Below are positions 28,301-40,571 of a stretch of 64,000 bases of DNA, piece after piece. Position 1 is the stretch's first letter. Each line of letters opens with the position of its first letter. Both the position numbers and the translations under genes were made by a program. The stretch is from Eledone cirrhosa (Eukaryota). Under the pieces are notes generated by a model. The model did not search any database, was not told the origin of the DNA, and saw nothing but the letters and a program-made list of their open reading frames with translations. Where the stretch lies: positions 1 through 64,000 of the forward strand of contig CAXHJY010000267.1 of assembly GCA_964016885.1 (NCBI GenBank). Reading direction: 5' to 3'.

Positions 28301-31300
28301 GATAAACCCTGGTCAATACCAGGTGAGAGGGTGTATATGTCCTATAGTACCTCTTACAGCTAGATAAACCCTGGTCAATACCAGGTGAGAGGGTGTATAT
28401 GTCCTATAGTACCTCCTACAGCTAGATAAACCCTGGTCAATACCAGGTGAGGGTGTATATGTCCTATAGTACCTCTTACAGCTAGATAGACCCTGGTCAA
28501 TACCAGGTGAGAGGGTGTATATGTCCTATAGTATCTCCTACAGCTAGATAGACCCTGGTCAATACCAGGTGAGAGGGTGTATATGTCCTATAGTACCTCC
28601 TACAGCTAGATAAACCCTGGTCAATACCAGGTGAGAGGGTGTATATGTCCTATAGTACCTCCTACAGCTAGATAGACTCTGGTCAATACCAGGTGAGGGG
28701 GTGTATATGTCCTATAGTACATCTTACAGCTAGATAAACCCTGGTCAATACCAGGTGAGAGGGTGTATATGTCCTATAGTACCTCTTACAGCTAGATAAA
28801 GCCTGGTCAATACCAGGTGAGAGGGTGTATATGTCCTATAGTATCTCCTACAGCTAGATAAATCCTGGTCAATACCAGGTGAGAGGGTGTATATGTCCTA
28901 TAGTACCTCCTACAGCTAGATAAACCCTGGTCAATACCAGGTGAGGGGGTGTATATGTCCTATAGTACCTCCTACAGCTAGATAAACCCTGGTCAATACC
29001 AGGTGAGGGGGTGTACATGTCCTATAGTATCTCCTACAGCTAGATAAATCCTGGTCAATACCAGGTGAGGGGGTGTATATGTCCTATAGTACCTCCTACA
29101 GCTAGATAAACCCTGGTCAATACCAGGTGAGAGGGTGTATATGTCCTATAGTATCTCCTACAGCTAGATAGACCCTGGTCAATACCAGGTGAGGGGGTGT
29201 ATATGTCCTATAGTATCTCCTACAGCTAGATAAATCCTGGTCAATACCAGGTGAGGGTTGTATATGTCCTATAGTACCTCCTACAGCTAGATAAACCCTG
29301 GTCAATACCAGGTGAGGGTGTATATGTCCTATAGTATCTCCTACAGCTAGATAAATCCTGGTCAATACCAGGTGAGAGGGTGTATATGTCCTATAGTACC
29401 TCTTACAGCTAGATAAACCCTGGTCAATACCAGGTGAGAGGGTGTATATGTCCTATAGTACCTCTTACAGCTAGATAGACCCTGGTCAATACCAGGTGAG
29501 GGGGTGTATATGTCCTATAGTACCTCCTACAGCTAGATAAAGCCTGGTCAATACCAGGTGAGAGGGTGTATATGTCCTATAGTATCTCCTACAGCTAGAT
29601 AAACCCTGGTCAATACCAGGTGAGAGGGTGTATATGTCCTATAGTATCTCCTACAGCTAGATAAATCCTGGTCAATACCAGGTGAGAGGGTGTATATGTC
29701 CTATAGTACCTCCTACAGCTAGATAAACCCTGGTCAATACCAGGTGAGGGGGTGTATATGTCCTATAGTACCTCCTACAGCTAGATAAACCCTGGTCAAT
29801 ACCAGATGAGGGGGTGTATATGTCCTATAGTATCTCCTACAGCTAGATAAATCCTGGTCAATACCAGGTGAGGGGTGTATATGTCCTATAGTACCTCCTA
29901 CAGCTAGATAAACCCTGGTAAATACCAGGTGAGAGGGTGTATATGTCCTATAGTACCTCATACAGCTAGATAAAGCCTGGTCAATACCAGGTGAGAGGGT
30001 GTATATGTCCTATAGTATCTCCTACAGCTAGATAAATCCTGGTCAATACCAGGTGAGAGGGTGTATATGTCCTATAGTACCTCCTACAGCTAGATAAACC
30101 CTGGTAAATACCAGGTGAGAGGGTGTATATGTCCTATAGTACCTCCTACAGCTAGATAAACCCTGGTCAATACCAGGTGAGGGGGTGTATATGTCCTATA
30201 GTACCTCCTACAGCTAGATAAACCCTGGTCAATACCAGGTGAGGGGGTGTACATGTCCTATAGTATCTCCTACAGCTAGATAAATCCTGGTCAATACCAG
30301 GTGAGGGGGTGTATATGTCCTATAGTACCTCCTACAGCTAGATAAACCCTGGTCAATACCAGGTGAGAGGGTGTATATGTCCTATAGTATCTCCTACAGC
30401 TAGATAGACCCTGGTCAATACCAGGTGAGGGGGTGTATATGTCCTATAGTACATCTTACAGCTAGATAAACCCTGGTCAATACCAGGTGAGAGGGTGTAT
30501 ATGTCCTATAGTATCTCCTACAGCTAGATAAACCCTGGTCAATACCAGGTGAGGGGTGTATATGTCCTATAGTACCTCCTACAGCTAGATAAACCCTGGT
30601 AAATACCAGGTGAGAGGGTGTATATGTCCTATAGTACCTCCTACAGCTAGATAAACCCTGGTCAATACCAGGTGAGGGGGTGTATATGTCCTATAGTACC
30701 TCCTACAGCTAGATAAACCCTGGTCAATACCAGGTGAGGGGGTGTACATGTCCTATAGTATCTCCTACAGCTAGATAAATCCTGGTCAATACCAGGTGAG
30801 GGGGTGTATATGTCCTATAGTACCTCCTACAGCTAGATAAACCCTGGTCAATACCAGGTGAGAGGGTGTATATGTCCTATAGTATCTCCTACAGCTAGAT
30901 AGACCCTGGTCAATACCAGGTGAGGGGGTGTATATGTCCTATAGTACATCTTACAGCTAGATAAACCCTGGTCAATACCAGGTGAGAGGGTGTATATGTC
31001 CTATAGTATCTCCTACAGCTAGATAAACCCTGGTCAATACCAGGTGAGGGGTCTATATGTCCTATAGTACCTCCTACAGCTAGATAAACCCTGGTCAATA
31101 CCAGGTGAGGGGTGTATATGTCCTATAGTACCTCCTACAGCTAGATAAACCCTGGTAAATACCAGGTGAGGGGTGTATATGTCCTATAGTACCTCCTACA
31201 GCTAGATAAACCCTGGTCAATACCAGGTGAGAGGGTGTATATGTCCGATAGTACCAGGTTAAGGGGTGTATATGTCCTATAGGATCTCCTACAGCTAGAT

Positions 31301-34300
31301 AAACCCGAGTCAATACCAGGTGAGTGGTGTATATGTCCTATAGTATCTCCTACAGCTAGATAAACCCTGGTCAATACCAGGTGAGGGTGTATATGTCCTA
31401 TAGTATCTCCTACAGCTAGATAAATCCTGGTCAATACCAGGTGAGAGGGTGTATATGTCCTATAGTACCTCCTACAGCTAGATAAACCCTGGTCAATACC
31501 AGGTGAGGGTGTATATGTCCTATAGTATCTCCTACAGCTAGATAAACCCTGGTCAATACCAGGTGAGAGGGTGTATATGTCCTATAGTACCTCTTACAGC
31601 TAGATAGACCCTGGTCAATACCAGGTGAGGGGGTGTATATGTCCTATAGTACCTCCTACAGCTAGATAAACCCTGGTCAATACCAGGTGAGAGGGTGTAT
31701 ATGTCCTATAGTACCTCCTACAGCTAGATAAACCCTGGTCAATACCAGCTTAGGGTGTATATGTCCTATAGTACCTCCTACAGCTAGATAAACCCTGGTC
31801 AATACCAGCTTAGGGTGTATATGTCCGATAGTACCAGGTTAGGGTGTATATGTCCTATAGGATCTCCTACAGCTAGATAAACCCGAGTCAATACCAGGTG
31901 AGTGGTGTATATGTCCTATAGTACCTCCTACAGCTAGATAAACCCTGGTCAATGCCAGGTTAGGGGGTGTATATGTCCTATAGTACCTCCTACAGCTAGA
32001 TAAACCCGAGTCAATACCAGGTGAGTGGTGTATATGTCCTATAGGATCTCCTACAGCTAGATAAACCCTGGTCAATACCAGGTGAGAGGGTGTATATGTC
32101 CTATAGTATCTCCTACAGCTAGATAAACCCTGGTCAATACCAGGTGAGGGGGTGTATATGTCCTATAGTACCTCCTACAGCTAGATAAACCTTGGTTAAT
32201 ACCAGGTTAGAGGGTGTATATGTCCTATAGTACCTCCTACAGCTAGATAAACCCTGGTCAATACCAGGTGAGGGTGTATATGTCCTATAGTATCTCCTAC
32301 AGCTAGATAAATCCTGGTCAATACCAGGTGAGAGGGTGTATATGTCCTATAGTACCTCTTACAGCTAGATAAACCCTGGTCAATACCAGGTGAGAGGGGG
32401 TATATGTCCTATAGTACCTCTTACAGCTAGATAAACCCTGGTCAATACCAGGTGAGAGGGTGTATATGTCCTATAGTACCTCTTACAGCTAGATAAACCC
32501 TGGTCAATACCAGGTGAGAGGGTGTATATGTCCTATAGTACCTCCTACAGCTAGATAAACCCTGGTCAATACCAGGTGAGGGTGTATATGTCCTATAGTA
32601 CCTCTTACAGCTAGATAGACCCTGGTCAATACCAGGTGAGAGGGTGTATATGTCCTATAGTATCTCCTACAGCTAGATAGACCCTGGTCAATACCAGGTG
32701 AGAGGGTGTATATGTCCTATAGTACCTCCTACAGCTAGATAAACCCTGGTCAATACCAGGTGAGAGGGTGTATATGTCCTATAGTACCTCCTACAGCTAG
32801 ATAGACTCTGGTCAATACCAGGTGAGGGGGTGTATATGTCCTATAGTACATCTTACAGCTAGATAAACCCTGGTCAATACCAGGTGAGAGGGTGTATATG
32901 TCCTATAGTACCTCTTACAGCTAGATAAAGCCTGGTCAATACCAGGTGAGAGGGTGTATATGTCCTATAGTATCTCCTACAGCTAGATAAATCCTGGTCA
33001 ATACCAGGTGAGAGGGTGTATATGTCCTATAGTACCTCCTACAGCTAGATAAACCCTGGTCAATACCAGGTGAGGGGGTGTATATGTCCTATAGTACCTC
33101 CTACAGCTAGATAAACCCTGGTCAATACCAGGTGAGGGGGTGTACATGTCCTATAGTATCTCCTACAGCTAGATAAATCCTGGTCAATACCAGGTGAGGG
33201 GGTGTATATGTCCTATAGTACCTCCTACAGCTAGATAAACCCTGGTCAATACCAGGTGAGAGGGTGTATATGTCCTATAGTATCTCCTACAGCTAGATAG
33301 ACCCTGGTCAATACCAGGTGAGGGGGTGTATATGTCCTATAGTATCTCCTACAGCTAGATAAATCCTGGTCAATACCAGGTGAGGGTTGTATATGTCCTA
33401 TAGTACCTCCTACAGCTAGATAAACCCTGGTCAATACCAGGTGAGGGTGTATATGTCCTATAGTATCTCCTACAGCTAGATAAATCCTGGTCAATACCAG
33501 GTGAGAGGGTGTATATGTCCTATAGTACCTCTTACAGCTAGATAAACCCTGGTCAATACCAGGTGAGAGGGTGTATATGTCCTATAGTACCTCTTACAGC
33601 TAGATAGACCCTGGTCAATACCAGGTGAGGGGGTGTATATGTCCTATAGTACCTCCTACAGCTAGATAAAGCCTGGTCAATACCAGGTGAGAGGGTGTAT
33701 ATGTCCTATAGTATCTCCTACAGCTAGATAAACCCTGGTCAATACCAGGTGAGAGGGTGTATATGTCCTATAGTATCTCCTACAGCTAGATAAATCCTGG
33801 TCAATACCAGGTGAGAGGGTGTATATGTCCTATAGTACCTCCTACAGCTAGATAAACCCTGGTCAATACCAGGTGAGGGGGTGTATATGTCCTATAGTAC
33901 CTCCTACAGCTAGATAAACCCTGGTCAATACCAGATGAGGGGGTGTATATGTCCTATAGTATCTCCTACAGCTAGATAAATCCTGGTCAATACCAGGTGA
34001 GGGGTGTATATGTCCTATAGTACCTCCTACAGCTAGATAAACCCTGGTAAATACCAGGTGAGAGGGTGTATATGTCCTATAGTACCTCATACAGCTAGAT
34101 AAAGCCTGGTCAATACCAGGTGAGAGGGTGTATATGTCCTATAGTATCTCCTACAGCTAGATAAATCCTGGTCAATACCAGGTGAGAGGGTGTATATGTC
34201 CTATAGTACCTCCTACAGCTAGATAAACCCTGGTAAATACCAGGTGAGAGGGTGTATATGTCCTATAGTACCTCCTACAGCTAGATAAACCCTGGTCAAT

Positions 34301-37161
34301 ACCAGGTGAGAGGGTGTATATGTCCTATAGTACCTCATACAGCTAGATAAATCCTGGTCAATACCAGGTGAGAGGGTGTATATGTCCTATAGTACCTCCT
34401 ACAGCTAGATAAACCCTGGTCAATACCAGGTGAGAGGGTGTATATGTCCTATAGTACCTCTTACAGCTAGATAGACCCTGGTCAATACCAGGTGAGGGGT
34501 GTATATGTCCTATAGGATCTCCTACAGCTAGATAAACCCTGGTCAATACCAGGTGAGAGGGTGTATATGTCCTATAGTACCTCCTACAGCTAGATAAACC
34601 TTGGTCAATACCAGGTGAGAGGGTGTATATGTCCTATAGTATCTCCTACAGCTAGATAAACCTTGGTTAATACCAGGTTAGAGGGTGTATATGTCCTATA
34701 GTACCTCCTACAGCAAGATAAACCCTGGTCAATACCAGGTTAGGGGGTATATGTCCTATAGGATCTCCTACAGCTAGATAAACCCTGGTCAATACCAGGT
34801 GAGGGGGTATATGTCCTATAGGATCTCCTACAGCTAGATAAACCCTGGTCAATACCAGGTGAGAGGGTGTATATGTCCTATAGTACCTCCTACAGCTAGA
34901 TAAACCTTGGTCAATACCAGGTGAGAGGGTGTATATGTCCTATAGTATCTCCTACAGCTAGATAAACCTTGGTTAATACCAGGTTAGAGGGTGTATATGT
35001 CCTATAGTACCTCCTACAGCAAGATAAACCCTGGTCAATACCAGGTTAGGGGGTATATGTCCTATAGGATCTCCTACAGCTAGATAAACCCTGGTCAATA
35101 CCAGGTGAGGGGGTATATGTCCTATAGGATCTCCTACAGCTAGATAAACCCTGGTCAATACCAGGTGAGAGGGTGTATATGTCCTATAGTATCTCCTACA
35201 GCTAGATAAACCCTGGTCAATACCAGGTGAGAGGGTGTATATGTCCTATAGTACCTCCTACAGCTAGATAGACCCTGGTCAATACCAGGTGAGGGGGTGT
35301 ATATGTCCTATAGTACCTCCTACAGCTAGATAAACCCTGGTCAATACCAGGTGAGAGGGTGTATATGTCCTATAGTACCTCCTACAGCTAGATAGACCCC
35401 TGGTCAATACCAGGTGAGGGGGTGTATATGTCCTATAGTACATCTTACAGCTAGATAAACCCTGGTCAATACCAGGTGAGTGGTGTATATGTCCTATAGT
35501 ACCTCCTACAGCTAGATAAACCCTGGTCAATACCAGGTGAGAGGGTGTATATGTCCTATAGTATCTCCTACAGCTAGATAAACCCTGGTCAATACCAGGT
35601 GAGAGGGTGTATATGTCCTATAGTACCTCCTACAGCTAGATAAACCCTGGTCAATACCAGGTTAGAGGGTGTATATGTTCCTATAGTACCTCCTACAGCT
35701 AGATAAACCCTGGTCAATACCAGGTGAGAGGGTGTATATGTCCTATAGTATCTCCTACAGCTAGATAAACCCTGGTCAATACCAGGTGAGGGGTGTATAT
35801 GTCCTATAGGATCTCCTACAGCTAGATAAACCCTGGTCAATACCAGGTGAGGGGTGTATATGTCCTATAGTATCTCCTACAGCTAGATAAACCCTGGTCA
35901 ATACCAGGTGAGAGGGTGTATATGTCCTATAGTATCTCCTACAGCTAGATAAACCCTGGTCAATACCAGGTGAGAGGGTGTATATGTCCTATAGTACCTC
36001 CTACAGCTAGATAAACCCTGGTAAATACCAGGTGAGAGGGTGTATATGTCCTATAGTACCTCCTACAGCTAGATAAACCCTGGTCAATACCAGGTGAGAG
36101 GGTGTATATGTCCTATAGTACCTCCTACAGCTAGATAAACCCTGGTCAATACCAGGTGAGAGGGTGTATATGTCCTATAGTATCTCCTACAGCTAGATAA
36201 ACCCTGGTCAATACCAGGTGAGAGGGTGTATATGTCCTATAGTATCTCCTACAGCTAGATAAACCCTGGTCAATACCAGGTGAGAGGGTGTATATGTCCT
36301 ATAGTACCTCCTACAGCTAGATAAACCCTGGTCAATACCAGGTGAGAGGGTGTATGTCCTATAGTACCTCCTACAGCTAGATAAACCTTGGTTAATACCA
36401 GGTGAGAGGGTGTATATGTCCTATAGTATCTCCTACAGCTAGATAAACCCTGGTCAATACCAGGTGAGAGGGTGTATATGTCCTATAGTACCTCCTACAG
36501 CTAGATAAACCCTGGTCAATACCAGATGAGAAGGCGTATGTCCTATAGTATCTCCTACAGCTAGATAAACCCTGGTCAATACCAGGTGAGAGGGTGTATG
36601 TCCTATAGTACCTCCTACAGCTAGATAAACCCTGGTCAATACCAGGTGAGAGGGTGTATATGTCCGATAGTACCAGGTTAGGGGGTGTATATGTCCTATA
36701 GGATCTCCTACAGCTAGATAAACCCTGGTCAATACCAGGTGAGTGGTGTATATGTCCTATAGTACCTCCTACAGCTAGATAAACCCTGGTCAATACCAGG
36801 TGAGAGGGTGTATATGTCCTATAGTATCTCCTACAGCTAGATAAATCCTGGTCAATACCAGGTTAGAGGGTGTATATGTCCTATAGTACCTCCTACAGCT
36901 AGATAAACCTTGGTCAATACCAGGTGAGAGGGTGTATATGTCCTATAGTACCTCCTACAGCTAGATAAACCCTGGTCAATACCAGGTGAGGGGGTGTATA
37001 TGTCCTATAGTACCTCCTATAGCTAGATAAACCCTGGTCAATCCCAGATGAGGGGGTGTATATGTCCTATAGTACATCCTACAGCTAGATAAACCCTGGT
37101 CAATACCAGGTGAGGGGGTGTATATGTCCTATAGTACCTCCTACAGCTAGATAAACCCTGG
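16349..37161. repeat. 62-bp tandem satellite (~340 copies) with 60/61-bp and ~31-bp half-unit variants
   Basis: Unit AATACCAGGTGAGAGGGTGTATATGTCCTATAGTA[C/T]CTCCTACAGCTAGATAAACCCTGGTC. Most unit junctions form the hairpin CCTGGT-CAAT-ACCAGG. Confidence 0.98.
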
Positions 37162-38112
37162 CCAGAATTCTCTCACTTCTATCTGTTCAAACCAGCTGTA
37201 TCTGGCCAGAATTCTCTCACTTCTTTCTATTCAAACCAGCCAGAATTCTCTCCCCTCTTTCTGTTCAAACCAGCTGTATCTGGCCAGAATTCTCTCCCCT
37301 CTTTCTGTTCAAATCAGCTGTATCTGGCCAGAATTCTCTCCCCTCTTTCTGTTCAAACCAGCTGTATCTGGCCAGAATTCTCTCCCCTCTTTCTGTTCAA
37401 ACCAGCTGTATCTGGCCAGAATTCTCTCCCCTCTTTCTGTTCAAACCAGCTGTATCTGGCCAGAATTCTCTCCCCTCTTTCTGTTCAAACCAGCCATATC
37501 TGGCCAGAATTCTCTCACCTCTTTCTGTTCAAGCCAGCCATATCTGGCCAGAATTCTCTCACTTCTTTCTGTTCAAGCCAGCCATATCTGGCCAGAATTC
37601 TCTCACTTCTTTCTGTTCAAGCCAGCCATATCTGGCCACAATTCTCTCACCTCTTTCTGTTCAAACCAGCTGTATCTGGCCAGAATTCTCTCACTTCTTT
37701 CTGTTCAAGCCAGCCATATCTGGCCAGAATTCTCTCACCTCTTTCTGTTCAAACCAGCTGTATCTGGCCAGAATTCTCTCACTTCTTTCTCTTCAAACCA
37801 GCCATATCTGGCCAGAATTCTCTCACCTCTTTCTGTTCAAACCAGCCATATCTGGCCAGAATTCTCTCACTTCTTTCTGTTCAAGCCAGCCATATCTGGC
37901 CAGAATTCTCTCACCTCTTTCTGTTCAAACCAGCTGTATCTGGCCAGAATTCTCTCACTTCTTTCTCTTCAAACCAGCCATATCTGGCCAGAATTCTCTC
38001 ACCTCTTTCTGTTCAAACCAGCCATATTTGGCCAGAATTCTCTCACCTCTTTCTGTTCAAACCAGCCATATCTGGCCAGAATTCTCTCGCCTCTTTCTGT
38101 TCAAACCAGCCA
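37158..38112. repeat. 44-bp minisatellite (~22 copies) related to the MITE left end
   Basis: Unit GGCCAGAATTCTCTC[A/C]C[C/T]TCTTTCTGTTCAA[A/G]CCAGC[TG/CA]TATCT, period 44 (37282 to 37326). Similar to 15517-15570. Confidence 0.95.
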
Positions 38113-38192
38113 CTCGTAGGAAGGCTGCAGTAGAGGTAGACCTAGGTTTAAGAGGAATCTGAGGTGACGTGCAAGAGAGACGACTGATGAAC

Positions 38193-38301
38193 GCCAGGTA
38201 AGAATGTGAAAGAAGCCATTTAAGGCTGTGTACTTCCTATAAGATCTCCCAAGGCCAGCTAAACCATAGTCAATGCCAGGTTAGAAGGTGAAAGAAACGT
38301 T
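38193..38301. repeat. Diverged 82/83-bp repeat units (longer relative of the 62-bp satellite), interrupted by MITE copy 2
   Basis: GCCAGGTAAGAATGTGAAAGAAGCCATTTAAGGCTGTGTACTTCCTATAAGATCTCCCAAGGCCAGCTAAACCATAGTCAATGCCAGG aligns with 39045-39330. Confidence 0.75.
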
Positions 38302-38443
38302 TTAACCCTTTAGCATTCACATTATATATACTATTCTATTTTCATGGTAAAGGCTTTATCTCCCATAATATCGAATCTATGAGATTTTGAAAGTATTTAT
38401 TTTGAGAACACTACCTTAACATCAGTATGAGCGACCAGTTACA
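38302..38443 (-). mobile_element. piggyBac-type (TTAA) MITE, copy 2 (inverted, truncated)
   Basis: TTAA|CCCTTTAGCATTCA terminus; the body is the reverse complement of 15562-15695. Confidence 0.75.
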
Positions 38444-39044
38444 GCAGAAAGAATAATGACTCTTGGGTGAAGATGTGCCATGAAATCCCAGTGGAAGGAA
38501 GTCACAGTAGAGGTAGACCTTGGCAGAGGTGGTGAGAGATGACCTCAGTAGAGGTTGCGAGGCTATCACCTCATCAGTTGCGCACTCCATTGAGTGCTTT
38601 ACAATGTAATTAACTAACATATACTCAAATTTATATATTTATATGGTCAGAAATACACATGCTTAAAAAGATCAACAAAAATAAACCCTTGTACACTTTA
38701 TTTCACTGCTCTGAATGGACCAACAACTAACACAGAGACACATGCTTATAGCTTCATACTTACACACACACTCTTATACTTACATATCCTCTTAGCTCCG
38801 TACAGATGAATAATAAACCCACATGTACAGCCTTATATACTAAACAATTTGTCTTCCTTTTCAGCTAGACACGTTCAATCACTGCCTTTTAAAACAACAT
38901 CATCTAACACAAAACGCCAGCATCAACGAGAGACGTGTTTTTTCTTTAGAAAATTTCTTATTTCATTTCTGCCACTGACCAGTCTCTGCAATCTTTCTAT
39001 ATTTTCTTTAAATCTATGGTCAACATCTGGTTAGTAGACGATAG

Positions 39045-39330
39045 AAGCAGTTTAGGATCTACTACAGACAGTTAAACCCTGGTCAATACCAGGTTAAAGG
39101 GGAGAAAGAAGCAGTTTAAGGGTGTGTACTTCTCATAGGATCTCCTCCGGCCAGCTAAACCCTGGTCAATGCCAGGCTAGAGAGTGATTCAAGCAGTTTA
39201 AGGGTGTGTAGTTGTCATAAGATATCCTACGGCCAGCTAAACCCTGGTCAATACCAGGTTAGAGGGTGAAAGAAACAGTTTAAGGGTGTATACTTCTCAT
39301 ATGATCTCATACGGCCATATTAAGGGTGTG
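39045..39330. repeat. 82/83-bp diverged tandem repeat (~3.5 copies)
   Basis: AAACCCTGGTCAAT[A/G]CCAGG recurs at 39074, 39157 and 39239. Confidence 0.85.
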
Positions 39331-39379
39331 TGTATATATTTATATATATATGTGTGTGTGTGTATATTGCCAAGTGGGC

Positions 39380-39850
39380 CTGGGACTATCTGAGTCGACA
39401 CGTAGATGCTGGTCCGTCCCAGACCAACTTGAAGTTAATTCACAGACTTATTACTAAAAGAAAAAAAATGTTTTTGTTTTTTTTAATGTGACTTATCTCC
39501 CCTTGGATATTACCTCCCTTGATTCGAAGAACTCATGTTTTTTTCGACACGCCTTGGATTACCTTTGGTCTGGAACTTCTCTGGGAGACTGGCCCGCCTA
39601 GTGTGGCCCTTCAAGGAGCAATATTTCCAGATGGATATTTACCTAATTAACCCACCGCCGACTACATTATCGAGCCCCATTTTTACAGCATTTATATTTT
39701 GGATATGTCTTCCTAATAAATGTAGCGAGACTGGTGTCAGTACGGAGGTAAGTAATCTATATTTTTAATTATTAATTGAAGAAAAAAATATAAATGAAGT
39801 GAATGGATGTATTTCGTTCGGAATATAGATTTTCATGAGAAGATTGTTAG
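39380..39850. repeat. Unclassified dispersed repeat, modules X (39380-39550) and Y (39705-39850)
   Basis: X matches 41047-41170 (TGGGACT...CCGTCCCAGACC...TTATCTCCCCTTGGA...TTACCTCCCTTGATT). Y matches 40572-40720. Confidence 0.75.
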
Positions 39851-39945
39851 TTGTATATATAAACACTTGTCTTTGTTGTTCTGAGCGAAAGTCTGGAGAA
39901 TAAGTGGAAGAAAAAAAGGGTTGATAGTGTAAAAATATACACAGA

Positions 39946-40220
39946 TGTACACCAGTTCCGAACACAGAGGAACCCAACGCCCACTGTCATCACATCTGTC
40001 TCTCCCCATCCCTCATGTACACCAGGTTCGAACACAAAGGAACCAAACTTCATCGCCTCTGTCTCTCACACCCTCCCCATCTCTCATGTACACCAGGTCC
40101 TAACACAGGGGAACCAAACTTCATCGCCTCTGTCTCTCACACCCTCCCCATCTCTCATGTACACCAGGTCCTAACACAGAGGAACCAAACTCCCACTGTC
40201 ATCGCCTCCGGTTCTCTCAC
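39946..40220. repeat. ~71-bp minisatellite (4 copies)
   Basis: TGTACACCAG... starts at 39946, 40016, 40087 and 40158. Confidence 0.9.
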
Positions 40221-40365
40221 TATGATGAGCAAATGGGGTCCTTTGCGTTGGCCGCCCCACAGCCCCGGAGGATGGTGTGAGAGATGCCCTGGAAGAGCCG
40301 TTCCAGCATGCGAGGCTCACACCTTGCGGCTGACCAGCTCAGTGCCTATAGTGTATATATAAATT

Positions 40366-40527
40366 TAGTAATAATAATAAATATGAGGACTAAAATCTGA
40401 AGAGGGCTCGATAAGGATAAATATAGATATCAAATATATAAGAACCGTAGAATTTCAGAAGATCCCGTTAAGGGTGAAAACAGCGATTCTTTGCTTAAAC
40501 TTTAATATGTTATTTTAATAAATATGT
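40366..40527. repeat. Dispersed repeat family A+B, copy 1 (others at 56096-56242 and 61172-61326)
   Basis: Shared blocks AGAGGGCTCGATAAGG...ATATATAAGAACC[G/C]TAGA and TCAGAAGATCC...AAGGGTGAAA[A/G]CAGCGATTCTTTGCTT. Confidence 0.8.
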
Positions 40528-40571
40528 AAAAGTTTATATATATATATATGCACATGTACGTATATGTCTAT

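Noticed and set aside
18330-36690. TTAGGG hexamers in some 62-mer variants as telomeric sequence
   Set aside because: Single isolated hexamers created by small changes in GGTGAGAGGG; never tandem.
15615-36793. Many minus-strand ORFs (MTRVYLAVG..., YFHSKGFTSHN...)
   Set aside because: They are translations of satellite monomers, mostly from TTG/GTG starts, with frame shifting as unit length changes.
1-37161. CRISPR-like arrays
   Set aside because: Units are contiguous with no unique spacers, there are no cas genes, and the context is eukaryotic.
38186-38250. CTGATGA...GAAA as a plus-strand hammerhead
   Set aside because: Stem II is very weak, no UH follows the possible stem III, and the GAAA belongs to the 82-bp repeat.
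40398-40420. CTGAAGAGGGCTCGATA as a minimal hammerhead
   Set aside because: GATA replaces GAAA and the paralog at ~56117 lacks the CTGA box.
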